Origin: Squalus acanthias
Taxonomy: Eukaryota
Direction: 5' to 3'
Assembly (NCBI GenBank): GCA_030390025.1
Contig: JASTWF010000810.1
Span: 62,001 to 126,000 of the forward strand
Length of the DNA: 64,000 bases
Under the pieces are notes generated by a model, which was not told the DNA's origin, ran no database searches, and was given only the letters and a program-made list of their open reading frames with translations. Numbering within the stretch: position 1 is the stretch's first letter; each line of letters starts with the position of its first letter. This document shows, piece after piece, positions 11,901 through 24,800 of the stretch. The translations under genes were made by a program, and so were the position numbers.

Positions 11901-13505
11901 TACATCCTAAAAAATTCCAGTTAATTAGTCAAGCATTATTTACCTTTTGTAAATCCAGGTTGAATTTGTCCGATCCTTTCACTGTTTTCCAAGTGCTCTG
12001 CTATTACATCTTTTATAATGGATCTAGCATTTTCCCCACTACCAATGTCAGGCTTACCGGTCTCAAATTCCCCATTTTCTGTCAACCACCTTTTTGAAAT
12101 AGTGGGGTTACATTAGTTACCCTCCAATCCATGGGAACTGTTCCAGAGTCTTTAGAATTTTGGAAGATGACCAGCAATGCGTCGACTATTTCTAGGGCCA
12201 CTTCCTTAAGTACCCTGGTATGTAGATTATCAGGCCCTGACGTTTTATCGGCCTTCAAGCCCACCAATTTCACTAACACCATTTCCCTACAAATACTGAT
12301 TTCATTCAGTTCCTCCCTCTCATTAGACCCTATGTTCCACGACATCTCTGGGAGTTTATTTGTGTCCTCCTTTTTGAAGACAGAACCAAAGCATGTATTT
12401 AATTGGACTGCCATTTCTTTGTTCCCCAATATAAATTCCCCTGATTCTGACTGCAAGGGACCTACGCTTGAGTTCACCAATCTTTTTCTCTTCACATATC
12501 TATGGAAGCTTTTACCGTCAGTTTTTATGTTCCCTGAAGCTTACTCTCATACTCTATTTTTTGCCTCTTAATTAATCCCTTTATCCTCCTTTGCTGAATC
12601 CTAAACTGCACTCAATCCTCAGGTTTGCTGCTTTTTCTGGCCAATTTATATGTGCTCTACTTGGATCTTATGCTATCCCTTATTTCCCTTGTTAGCCACG
12701 GTTGAGTCACCTTTTTTGTTTTATTTTTATGCCAAACAGGGATGAACAAATTCTGTAGTTCATCCATGCGACCTTTAAATGTTTGCCATTGCCTATCCAC
12801 CGTCAACCCTTCAAGTAACATTCCCCAATCCATCCTAGCCAACTCACGCCTCATACCAACATAATTTCCTTTATTTAAATTCTGTACCCTAGTCTCTGAG
12901 TCAACTACTACTTCACTCTCCATCTTAATGAAGAATTCTATCATATTATGATCGCTCCTCCCCAAGGGGCCTCACACAACAAGATTGCTAATTAATCCTT
13001 TCTCATTACATAATACCCAGTCTAAGATTGCCTGATCTTCAGTTGGTTCTTCGACATATTGGTCCAAGACACCATCCCGTATACACTCTAGGAATTCCTC
13101 TTCCACAGTATTGTCACTAATTTGGTTAGCCCAATCTATATGTAGATTAAAGTCACCCATGATAACTGCTGTGCCCTTATTGCACGCATCTGTAATTTCC
13201 CATTTAATGCCATCCCCAACCTCAGCATTACTGTTTGGGGTCTGTATATAACGCCCTCTAACGTTTTCTGCCCCTTGGTATTTCTCAGCTCTACCCATAC
13301 AGATTCCACATCATCAGAGCTAATATCCTTCCTTACTATTGTGTTAATCTCCTCTTTAATCAGCAATGCTACCCCACCTCCTTTTCCTTTTTTGCCTGTC
13401 CTTCCTGAATATTGAATACCCCTGGATTTTGAATTCCCAGCCTTGGTCACCCTGGAGCCATGTCACCGTAATCCTATATATATCATATCCGTTTACATCT
13501 ATTCG
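8993..13505 (-). mobile_element. 5'-truncated CR1 LINE (EN+RT remnants), split by an antisense CR1 insertion
   Basis: ORF-track fragments match the 1177-aa CR1 ORF in this window. (catagaaa)n tail at 8993. Sequence breaks at ~9816 and resumes collinearly at ~11493. Confidence 0.92.
9817..11492 (+). mobile_element. 5'-truncated CR1 LINE nested antisense in the previous copy
   Basis: KSPGPD, NYRPVSLTS, FADDTKL and LEYCVQFW motifs; (ttctatgt)n tail at 11470-11492. Confidence 0.92.
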
Positions 13506-14100
13506 ATCAATGGTCTGTGATTCTACTATCAAAATATCATCAGCAATGCCGATCTGTCCAATGTTTCATCCATACTGTGAAGCGTTGTCGCTGTTATTCA
13601 GTGACCAAGGTCGATAAAGCTTTGGGGTTCTGGGCGGGGTCGACTTTTGCGTAATTTAATGGCTTGCAGATGCTTCAAACGGCAGTGGCAAAGATACAAC
13701 ATAAACAGATACGTGTAAAGGCACAACGATTTGTAGAAAACTAATCTTTGGCACGTGTGCAGGAGGACAAAGAGACCCGAGGTTCCTTGATGCATTTGTT
13801 GATCATAGCCAGCGTGCGCCGGGGCTGGGGGCGGGGAGCTGGTGGTGAGGGAGAGAGTGCGTTTGGCAATGAACATCGCAGGGCACGAAAGTGAGAGGAA
13901 TATGTACAATTGAAGCTGGTCACCAGGGACGTCAATGCATAAAATATCTACCCATTACCAACAATAAAGTATAGAAAGACAATGTCACGGACATTGTGGT
14001 AAGGGGCGAAAGAAGGGAGCTCGCCATTCATTGCGGTTACATCTGTACAAAGACTTTTTATGTGGTTTTGAGCGGCATCTTAATGTTGCTTGAGTCCCTC

Positions 14101-14870
14101 TTCAGTGTGCTGCCCTCTACAGGGGATCTGTGGCGCGTGTGCGCTGGGAAAGCAACAACGTGTCTCTTCCTCCAATCAGACTGAAAAATCCTCACCGAGG
14201 CACGCAGAATCTGAAGCAGTAAGTCTGAATTGGAATATTTAATTCAATGCAAAAATCAGATACAAAAAGTGAAATAAAGAGAGGGAATGAACGATGGGCT
14301 TGTGACTGGAATAAACGAGACAGCAAGAAAATGTAAATAAGTAAATATTTTTAAATCTCCAAAAATAATTAAATCCTGCAGGAATGAGAGTCCACGCTTG
14401 TAAAAAAACATGTTTAGGGCCATAGAGGTTGTTTGGCAGTAACTAAGACTTATCACGCCATTAATAAAAAAATAATTTACAGCTGAATGCACCAGTCCTA
14501 ACTTTTTCTGGCGCATGTATTGGGAAACTAGTTATTAAGGACCGCAAGTTCATGCCTTCATGTATTTTAATATCGAATCTATCGGTGAGGTACTGGTGTA
14601 ACGAAGCGTGTGGAGGAACAGAGCAACTCAGACAGCAACTTTCGGAATTCAATGTTGAACTTTGCAAGTGTGGATGCCGGATGTTGCTGCCGATTTACTC
14701 CATAATAAAACTGAGTGCTGTTAGCCAAACCGTTATTCCTATCACAACATTAAGTTCCCATAGAAGGTCAGCTACGATAAGTATAGCCACCATAACCTAC
14801 AATAATCGACAGTATTAAGAACTTTTTTCCACTTACAGATACTTCCTCAGAATCTGCGTTATACGGTTTG
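14101..14870 (+). repeat. Interspersed repeat 'A', copy 1 (probably a non-autonomous DNA-transposon interior)
   Basis: Collinear similarity to 21309-21890. Confidence 0.7.
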
Positions 14871-15059
14871 TATTATTTTGGAAACTGCCAAACCAGGAGA
14901 GGGTGTTCCCGCTCAAAGTTGAACAATGATGGTTATGCGTTGGAGGAAGATGGTGTCGTCAAACATGTTAAATATTACAGAGAAGTAGAGAAGGATGAGG
15001 AGGGACAGTGGACAATCATCACCATCACATAGGATGTCCTTATAACTTTGACTAGGGTG

Positions 15060-15356
15060 ATTTCAGTGCTGTGGCAGTGAGGAATATCGATTGGAATGGT
15101 CAAAACATGATTTTGCGGGACTGATTGGCATTAATATGGGTGGCATCACTTGTTCAGGAGATTGGAGGGAAAAGAAAGGTTGTAAATGAAGCCTTATTGT
15201 GCAACTGCAGAGGGAGCAAGGTTGTATTCTTTGAAGAGGGGTGAATGCAGTTCTCAAAGTGAGGAGGGCAGTGCCTGAGGAGAGGGAACCGTTCACAATC
15301 TCAGCTAGCAACAGGGTCAGGATATGGAGTTGACTGTTCAGCAGATTTGTGGAAAT
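15060..15356 (-). mobile_element. Degenerate LINE fragment (L2-like)
   Basis: Minus-strand ORF with IVNGSLSSGT...AFTPL and FFSLQSPEQV resembles the region upstream of L2 RT. Confidence 0.5.
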
Positions 15357-16128
15357 TGTAAGATTTCGGATCACAGGTCACACACAGATTACCCAAAGGG
15401 TCTTAGGAGTCAATGGCCATTATATTAAGAGCGGCAGTTCAAATATAGTTAACTTAGGATAGACATAGTAGACATACAACCCGTAACAGATGAGAACGGT
15501 TTACAGGCCCGGGAACGGATGGAGGGACGGACCGACGGAGGTTGGCGCAGAATGTTAGTCCTGGATCCATGCTGCCTGCGGCAGAAGTCTCTTCCTCTTG
15601 TTTATCTTCCGAGCTCGTGGAGGTGTTCAGCCGAAGCTAGCATGGAATCTACTTTCAGAGTTTAAACTTGACCAGGGTGTTAAGCCGAAGCTAGCATGCA
15701 TCCACCTCGGGTATCCACACTTTTTTCCTGCCTTTCCCTCTCGGTTGCCCATTTATATATCTTATTTTAGGGACTGTTGAAAACCTCACGCCAATCACTT
15801 GTTTTAATCAACTTTACCCATTCAATTGTCCATTTACGGAGGAATGTGCACCTGTAGCACATCCCTCCCAATCTTACGAGATCATCCCTTTGCATATCTC
15901 TTGCACTTTCTCCTAGACAACTTGTTTATCTTACTGATCCCCTTATCAGCCCTAGTTCAGCCCAGTCGAAGGCCTGTTTTGTGTTATGACCTTGGAACGA
16001 CCTCAGCTCTTTCTACAATCGCTGTATCAGCAGCTTATCCTGGCTGCTCAGCTCGGATGAGCTTATTTGTTTTATAAAGCCATTATTTCTTATGATTCAC
16101 AATTTCTTCCAATTCACGATTTCTTACA
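15357..16128 (-). repeat. 3' LTR
   Basis: TGTAAG...CTTACA terminal inverted repeat, preceded on the minus strand by the purine tract aaagtggggaat (16129-16140). Confidence 0.9.
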
Positions 16129-16449
16129 ATTCCCCACTTTGCGAAGGAAATATACTTATTGACTTCTCACAGTCTTCTTTGACTAATCTAATTAGTTCTT
16201 ATTGCTCTCTCAATTTGCGAGTTCGTTCGTCGGCCGTCTCAGAAATGAAGATTTCCCCCATTCTTACAATCCATATTTTGAGGGGGAATAGCAACCTCTT
16301 ACCCTTCACACAGGTTCCATTCACGGTTCCAGTGTTCCAATTCTGCCCCACCTGGGGTATCCTTCCTGATTTTACCCCGCCTGGGGTCTCCCCTACATTG
16401 CTTCGGATCTTCTCTTTCGGTGTGCTCCATTAATTTGTTAGTGCTGGTT

Positions 16450-17500
16450 TGTCATAGGCATGAGTACACGACTGGCTTTTGCATCAAACTCTTGCTACAC
16501 GGGTTACATATATCAAGTAAACTGTCATTACAAGTTGGAGAACTAACAAAGTATCAGAAATAATACGAACCTTAAGGGTGTGCTGATATATTAAGCTCAA
16601 TATCCCACCAGTGTGAACTGTCCCCTATGCTGTCAATTTCAATATCTATTCTCGAGTTGTATTTCTCCAAAACATAAAAATGCTTTAGGGAGGAGTTCAG
16701 TCGCATCACGAGCTTACAAAAGCCCTCAGACAAAAGAGGAATGTCGTACCCAATTGTCCACATAATTGTACAGCTCCTACTTAATTATCTCATTTACTGT
16801 CAGTTTCACTTGAGCATAGGTTTGATACTGAGTAAAACGTGTTGGTTGATGTGGTGTGAAGTAGAAACTGGGACTATTAATGGGACAGGTCCTGTTAGAC
16901 AGGTAGCAGTGACACAGGAGGCACCACCAAACCCACCTGATTCTGGTCTCGTACTGGTTTTTCCCACGCTCTGTGTTACCTACAAACCACAATTATTACA
17001 GTTACAAGTTATGATTCATTCTTACAATCATTAGCACATCGACCAAGTAGATACATTTCAAGCGGCAATGATGCAGACATACTGAGCCCGAGTAAAATTT
17101 TATCAGTTCGAACTTATCCCAAGTCCAAATAGCATAATTGTTTGACTGACAGGTTTTGCCAATCTTCAATTTTATTTCCCCACAAACTTTCTTCATTGAT
17201 CACAGCAAATGGCAGGACCACCTAGACTGCTCTCAACCAGTTTATTTTAATGAAAATTTAATTACCCCCTTCAACTTCAGGTAGATTTCCTCTTCTTGTG
17301 CCTTACCTTATCAGCTCCAATTTCAGAAACAAGTGATTCCCAGGCTAGGTGGTTTACATGGTATTTTAACATTAGAGACAGAAGTGCTGCTATTTGTTTA
17401 CAAGGTAACTTCCATATAACAAAATAAAGCAGAGAATCCATTGTGGAACTGCTTAAGAGCTCAAGGGGTTAATTCGTCAAATCATAATAGTCCTTTTGTC
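16450..17500 (-). pseudogene. env: env remnant (Cys-rich ectodomain, heptad region, WW membrane-proximal region, TM)
   Basis: Frameshifted pieces WCLLCHCYLSNRTCPINSPSFYFTP, KLVMRLNSSLKHFYVLEKYNSRIDIEIDSIG, HWWDIELNISAHP, VRIISDTLLVLQLVMTVYLIYVTR, lying just upstream of the PPT. Confidence 0.65.
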
Positions 17501-18239
17501 ACTGCGGGGAAATATTCAATTACAATTAAGAAACTTAAATTTAATAAGGTCCAATATCTTAAAATTTCATTCAGCCATACAAAAGTTGCTGTGTGGTAAA
17601 AAAAAAACAGTTGTTAGCAGAAATGGTTAACTCCTTGGCAGGTTTGTCAGAAGATGGAGCACATATTGTCAGACGCACACAATTGCGTCACTTCACCTAA
17701 ATTTAAAAAAAAAAAATCCCGGTCGAAAAAGACAGTTGGGTTTTGACAATTTAATAGGTTCGTTTACTTCAATAATTCCAATTTAATTCAGTCCAATATT
17801 TTATCAACTAAACACGATACAACACATAAAACAGAACAAAAAAGCACCTGCTTGCAGAAAGCAGTAAATTACATCATATTTCTTATTGTCCTTTTTTCAG
17901 ATGACTTTCTAAGTGACTGTAAAAATACTAAATATAACTGGAGAAAAAATAGTTGTTTCACATTTAAGCAAACGTTATACATTCTACACAAAAGGAAAAA
18001 GAGGCGGAGCTTTCCTCAGCTTGTAGCTTCGAAACATTCATAGTCAGGGAAACTTCTGCACTGTAACACAGACTTTCACACAATCTGAAATTCCAGCATT
18101 TCTTTTAAGGTTCCTATCACTCAGCAATTTTGAGTTTTATTTTTCTCGGCACAGAAGCTGAACGTTTCAGTGTCCGTTTCAACTTTAAGTTTTCTTTTCG
18201 CCTTTGAAATTGTCTCAGCAACTTATTCCCTACTCCACT

Positions 18240-18810
18240 GGTGGCTCGAATATAGGGCATACTCTCGGTTGGGTAAGAGTACTGCTTTACGGGAGCATGT
18301 ACTGGTTCGTTAATTTCTTCAGGTTCAGTCATGTTGCCACAATCATGCTTATGGGTTGCGAATACACCCGGCGCTGACACTAGGATACCCTGTACCTCGG
18401 GGTCATTAATTGCGAATACTGAGTGCACGCTAGACACCGGAGTAGGGGGTCCGTTTTTAAGATTCCACCAGATACAATTGTTGACATAATCAATTACTGC
18501 TCGATAACTTTTGAGCACATCACTTCCCAGTAGTCCCTGCTCATTATGCATGGCCATATAAATGGGAGACTGGACCGTGACTCAAAACCTGTCCAAGTTT
18601 AGCTCTAAGGGAACGCATGCTTGAATAGTTGCCTGGGTTCAATTGTCAGAGCCCGATAAAACTTGGGGCACTCCTTTCATAGGGGCGGGGTGGGGATCCT
18701 GAATGATGCTGGCTGAGGAACCAGAGTCAACTAACGTTAATTGCTGACGGCCTCCAGGATCAACAGTGCGGACTAACGGTCTCTGTACACTAGCGTATCG
18801 GAGAGGGGAA
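18240..18810 (-). pseudogene. pol: Retroviral aspartic protease and start of RT, remainder of pol deleted
   Basis: RPLVRTV...LTLVDSGSSASII...GLLGSDVL, then VFATHKHDCG...PVKQYSYP. In-frame stops; no RT core or integrase seen. Confidence 0.8.
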
Positions 18811-18811
18811 A

Positions 18812-20558
18812 TCATCTCTCCCTCAGAACCCTGCAGGAGTCACAGGGGAGGTGAACGATCTGCCACTTGCTCGGTTGTTGATGCACCGCGGCAACCGGTC
18901 GAGCCCCTTGACTAATCTGCATGGCCACTATCGCTGCTTCCATTCTCGCCAAACTCTGCTCCATCGAGTCGGAACCAGTGTGTTTCAGAGGAATGCGGCA
19001 GTAATGGGCACATTGGCCTCGGTGATTGCAAAGATAGCAGCGTACCGGAGCTCCCTTCTCTGGTGCAGGGTTTTTTAGACGGCCCTGATTTCTGGCCGAG
19101 TATTGGGCCTTCGACGGCTGCCATTTTAACTTTGGTGTGTACTCTGGGAATATTGGCACCTGTCTGCTGCTAAGCAGTCCCGAAATGGGTGCACAGCTCT
19201 TCCCGGGCTATGGACTAAAGGGTGGAGGCCGTTGAAAAAGAGGGTTTTGAGGCCCGGGTAGTTAAAGGAGTCACCTCTGCCATCCCTATTGCACTGAAAA
19301 ATGTCTTTCGGGAGGGACCTGCTTGGTACTAGCTAAGAGTTGGTGGAAGTCGATTCACTCCTCCCCTAATGTTCTACATAAGTCCATCTCAATATCATGT
19401 ATCGCACCCGCCTCCAGAACATCCTGATCCATCTGTTGCTTTAATTCTGAGGAACACACAGCCAGGAGGACCTGTTTATGGTCGCCCCCTTTTAGTTCTG
19501 GATGAGTGTCCTGAAAAATCCTCCACCGCTGCCTGAGGTCAAGGGGTCTGGTGTTCATGTCTATCGTCCCTAGGTCATCCTTTAGAGCCCTAACCTCAAC
19601 AGCGGTAAGGAGCTTATGCGTGGTTGTGGTGACCATTGCCCCCTCGTCGTTAGTGGAATAGGATGGTTGGACACCTCCCACCTCCTCGTAATTCTGGTGC
19701 TGAGGTTGACGGGCAGCATTGCCCAGGTGACGACACACACTGGTATTGCCTTGTTTGCTTTGTTTGCCTCGCCATCCTTGTACGGTGCAGGAGGAGCAAA
19801 GGGGGTGGGGTCCTCAGCTACGTTGTCCCAACAAGGGACTGGATGTCTTGGTGTGATTTTGGAGACAGCTACCACGACTGCCCGCTGTTGTCCGATATGT
19901 GCCTGAAGCTGTTGGATTTTTGCTAAACACGGTGCGTGATCTGCTTTGGGGGAGGCGATGGGTTGGCACTAGTCTAACTCCCTCAGAGCCCCCCTTGCAT
20001 CTTCTAACTCCTCACCTAGCCGGGTATTCTCTGCCTGTAACTCGATATTTCGTTCTAATATTTGTTCCAGCTTTTTCCGTTTATAATGCGCCTCGTCATG
20101 TCCTTTCTGTTCCCACTGCAACTGATTGTGTAGGACGGCAATGCTTTCCTGCCAACCTTCGCTTTCTTTCTGCAGCGTATCTGCCTGTTCTTTTAACTCT
20201 TTTTTTCTTTTTTTAACTGCAAGGCGCACAAGTGTGCTCCGTAGGCTAACTTATCTCGGCCTTTTTTCAGCTTAAGCTTGGGTTTCTGGACGTCCTCAGA
20301 AAGTCTTTCAAGAATGCAATCATAGTTCCCAGCAGACTTCTCTAGAATTCTTAGAATGTTCGTCGCCCCAGGCGCGCTGTTATTCTCTGTCAGGCTATCT
20401 ATCAAGTGTTCCCGGTGATATGCCAGCGCCATTGTATATCTGGTTTCAATTATTTGACACTTTCCCTCTAACTCTCTCAGAGAGTTCCATACCCAGTCTA
20501 AGCGTCGATCATGCACGGTCGACCAAGACTTCCCGGCTCTCACAATGCCGAGGTCCAT
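18812..20558 (-). pseudogene. gag: Disrupted gag: coiled-coil N-terminal region, capsid-like region, degenerate CCHC knuckle
   Basis: Consecutive ORF fragments 20558-20193, 20229-19969 (heptad-rich), 19738-19355 and 19159-18812 (RCYLCNHRGQCAHYC). Confidence 0.75.
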
Positions 20559-20575
20559 ATGACTCCCGCTATGTT

Positions 20576-20593
20576 ATCCCACTTCTGACACCA
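20576..20593 (-). other. Primer-binding site complementary to the tRNA-Leu 3' end
   Basis: TGGTGTCAGAAGTGGGAT, 1 nt inside the 5' LTR; complementary to ATCCCACTTCTGACACCA of vertebrate tRNA-Leu. Confidence 0.9.
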
Positions 20594-20594
20594 C

Positions 20595-21308
20595 TGTAAG
20601 AATTCGGATTGCAGGCACTCACAGATTACCCAAAGGGTCTTCGGAGTCTTAGGGCATTTTATTAAGGAGCGGTAGTTTAAATATAGTTAAATCAGGATAG
20701 ACATCGTAGACATACAACCCGTAACAGGTGAGAACTGTTTACCGGCCCGTAATGGACGGATGGACGGAGGTTAAGGCAGAATGGCAGTCTAGGATCCCTG
20801 CAGCCTGCGGCAGCGGTCTGTTCTTCTTTGGTCATCTTGCGAGCTGGCAGAGTTGTTAAGCCAAAGCTAGCATGCATACATCCCGGGGAAGCTATACCCC
20901 CTTTCTGCCTGCCTTTCCCTCTCGGCTGCTCGTTTGTGTACCTTATTTGAGGGGCTGGTGGATACCTCACGCCAACAATTGCTTTAATCACCTTTACCCA
21001 TTCAATTGTCCATTTACGGAGGAATATGCACCTGTAGCACAACCCTCCCAGTCTATCGAGACCATCCCTTTGCTTATCTCTTGCACTTTCTCCTAGATAG
21101 CTTGTTTATTTTAATCAACCCCTTATCAGCCCGAGATATGCCCACTCGAAGGCCTGTTAGGTGTTATGACCTTGCAACGACCTCAGCTCTTTGTACAACA
21201 GCTTTATCAGCAGCTTATCCTGGCCGCTGATCTCGGATGAGCTTATTCATTTTATACAGCCATTATTGCTTATAATTCACAATTTCTTCCAATTCACGAC
21301 TGCTTACT
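20595..21308 (-). repeat. 5' LTR
   Basis: Diverged direct repeat of 15357-16128, adjacent to the PBS. Confidence 0.9.
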
Positions 21309-21890
21309 TTTCAATGTGCTGCCCTCTGCAGGGGATTTATGGCGTGTGTGCGTAGGGAAAGCAAAACTGTGTCTCTTCCACCAATCAGTTTGAAAAAATT
21401 CACATCGAGGTGCGCAGAATCTAAAGCAGAAAGCATGAATTGGAATATTTCATTTAATGTAAAATCATAAACAAAAAGTGAAATAAAGGGACAAAATGAA
21501 AGCTGGGTTTGAGAGAGAGATAAAAAAGACAGCAAGAAAAAGTAAAAAAGTCGCTATTTTTAAAATCTCCAAAAATAATTATATTCTGAAAGAATGAAAG
21601 TCCACACTTCTAAAATAACATTTTTAGGGCCAGAGGGGTTGTTTGGCAGTAAGACTGATCATGCCATTAAAACTAAAATCACTTACACCTGAATGCACCA
21701 GCCCTAACATTTTCTGGCGTGTATAGTGGGTAATTGAGTGCTGTTAACGACACCGTTATTCCTATCACAAAATTAAGTTCCCTTAGAAGATCAACTACGA
21801 TAAGCAGAGCCAGTTAAAACCCACAATAACCAACTGTGGTAAGAACGTCTGCAACTTACAGTGACTTCCCCAGACTCTGCGTTATATGTA
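21309..21890 (+). repeat. Interspersed repeat 'A', copy 2, abutting the 5' LTR
   Basis: Collinear with 14101-14870. Confidence 0.7.
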
Positions 21891-21899
21891 TTGTCACCT

Positions 21900-24800
21900 G
21901 TTGTCTCACAGATCAAAAGTGAGCAAGAGCAGATGGTGGAGACAGGGAAAGCAGTGGAGAGTCCTCGTCGGAGGGCGCAGGACGCTCCAAGCTCTGCTCA
22001 GCTGGATGCAAATACAGAACATTGGGCGTTGTCTACAAAGAGGATGATTCTGGAGGAGCAGCAAAAATTGCGGGAGGCACAGTCCGGTTTTCCAGGCGCG
22101 ATGTGCAGGATTGTAGGGAGAATGGAGGAGTCCATCTCCAACATGAGCAGCACCATGTCGCAAGTGATGGCGATGATTTGCTCTTCCATGGAAAGGGTGG
22201 CCACCTGCATGGTGTTTCAAATGTGCCAGTCACACGAATGCAATCTTGCTGTGAACGAGAGCTTTCAGATTCTGATTGCAGTCATATCTGGGAGGGATAC
22301 AAATTTAGATTTGGATGTTCATCATCCCACTGATCTGCAGCAAGGTGCTCCACAGCTACTTGCTCACAAGGAAGTGCAGGTGGGCCATGAGTGTGATGGT
22401 GAGAGGGGACATGGAAATGGGAGCTCTGCTGTAAGCAGCTCCATTTCACTCCCATGCCTTCCCGTCAGACAGAGCCACACATGCTGCCGCGGATCCCGAT
22501 GGCCAAGTCTGCCCCTGCCCATTTGCAGGTGGAGCAGTCATTAGCGTGGACCTCACAGGCTCCAAAACCCAGAGGACATCAGCGAAAAGTGTTTAAGCAG
22601 TCAGAGCAGGGAAGTGAGCAGCCTAACTCTACATTTGCTGATGCCACAGGAGGTCCACCTCGTAGAGGCACGTTGAGTACAAAAATGACAAAATGGGAGC
22701 TATACAAAGGTATGCACATGGGTGTGTTACAAAATATTTGTTCTATTTATGATGCATAAAATTGTATTTCTTTGCAGCACTTTCTCACCTTCTGCCTTTT
22801 TGCCTTCTACCTGGGAAATGGCCTTGTCGTTTCGAGTGAATGGTAAGACATTGGGACAGAAATTCGGGTCGGAGGCTTCCCGCGGGTACAAGCCCCCAAC
22901 CTGCACTTACCTAGTGCGGCTGCCGTTGTGCTGTGGGCCCGCGTGGGATTCCAATCTGGGCCTCCTCCAGCTGCCGGTGTGCAGTACTCACGTATCCCAG
23001 GGGCGCAGTTAATTTGAAGCGTCCCCTGGGATCACATTGGCCATGGACAGCTAATCAGAGCAGGGAATCTCCAGTCATAGATTTGACAGGAAGACCTGTC
23101 AAATCTATGAATAGAGATAGGCCTCAAAACCTAACTAAAACTTCAAATAAATTAAAAAAAACATCACATTTTTAAAATAACTATAAATTACAGAAATTAA
23201 CTATTTTAAACAAAATTATAATTTTTTGAAAAAATTAATTACAGTTTTTAACGGAGCTAAAGATAAACTTACATTTCTTTAAAGTATTTAAAAAAGATAA
23301 ACCTGTGGAAAAATTGTTTAAATATTACTTAATTCAACAATTACCTTGTTAAAAGCAAGCCTTGGGCCTGCCTTTACCCCTCGCAGCTGCCAGGGACTTA
23401 CCCTCACAGAGAAACCTGAAAAAAAAGGAAAGTTCGATGCGTGGGCATTGCCTCTCCAGCGCACGCATTTGACCTCCGAACCCCTTCCTTCAAGGGAACG
23501 GAAGTTCCTGTTTCCAGCGCATGTCCAGTGCATGCGTGAAACCGGCATTTTCGTTGGGTCGAGGGGTGAGTACACAGCGCGTACTCACCCGTGGAGACCC
23601 GAATTTCTGGCCCAGTAATTAACCTCGAGCAATGGGTGTGTGTGACAGCAATAGTTTGGCAATTTTAGGACTGCTTTGTGGTGTTGGTGGGGTGAGGGGA
23701 AGTTGGATCAGCATCTGGGTGTGATACCGGTGCACTGATGCAACATAACTAAATCGTGCCATTATGAGGCCATCCGTGCCTCCCAGGCAGCAATGTTTGC
23801 CGCTGCTGGTGCCATCTCTACCACAGGTTCCTCCTCCTCCACGTGTTCCGTCTTCTTCTCCTTCTCATCCTGCTCCAAAGAGGCTCTGCGCTCTGCACCT
23901 TGCTCCTCCTGCAGCTCCAATCCTCGCTGCTGCGGTATGTTGTGCAGCACGCAGCATACGATGATAATTCTGGAGTCCCTGCCTCGTCCGTATTGATGGG
24001 CATCTTCAGCGTCGTGATTGCTTAGTCTATTACACATCTGATAGTCATATCGTTTTGATTATACTGCTGTTTGTCCTCATTGCTTGGCCTCCTCAAGAAT
24101 GTCATCAGCTCGCCATCAGTGCATAGACCTTGTCTCTAAGCAGCTAGCCAGTAAGTCTGGTCATAGATGTGAAGAGATGAGCGTGGGTGGACTGGCACAG
24201 GATGAAAGAGCAATGACAGCTCCCTGGGAATCTGGTACACACATGCATGGTGATCGTTTTGTGGTTGCAGACGAGCTGCACCTTTAGGGAGTGGAATCCC
24301 TTCTGGTTCAGGAACACTCCTGCGTGATCTGGGGGTGCCTTGATAGGCACATGCGTGCAGTTGATGGCGCCCTGCACATGTGGGAATCCAGCCATTGTCA
24401 CAAAGCCGAGTGCTTGCTCAGTCTGACTGGCTTAATTAGTGGCAAAGTGAACATAAGTGAAACTGATTGTGAAACATGGCATCAGTCACCTGGGTGATGT
24501 ATCAAATGTGCGTCCGACTGCAAGATCCTGCAAATGTCTGTTGCAGATCCCTGGAAGGAGCCTGAGGTGAAGAAGTTGAGGGCAGTGATGACTTTGGACA
24601 GCCACTGGTAACGTGTGTCCATCAGGTCCAATTAGCAGCAGGTCTTCCTCCATCAAGCTACACATGTCTGCCATGACATGACGCAATAACCTTAGCCTCC
24701 TGAAGGACTGCTGTTCAGTCATGTCCAAGAAGCTAATCTTCTGCCTCAATACCTGGTGTCGGGGGTATCGCCTCTGGCGAGGTGCACCCCATGTACATCC

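Larger units (their letters stand above)
15357..21308 (-). mobile_element. Degenerate env-bearing LTR retroelement / endogenous retrovirus (LTR-PBS-gag-pro-truncated pol-env-PPT-LTR)
   Basis: Two related LTRs with TGTAAG...CTTAC(A) ends, tRNA-Leu PBS, PPT, zinc-knuckle remnant, DSG protease and a TM-containing env remnant. Confidence 0.9.

Noticed and set aside
13590-13990. Possible displaced promoter/enhancer (GC box, GACGTCA, GAAAGTGA)
   Set aside because: Only short motifs with no linked exon; not distinguishable from chance.
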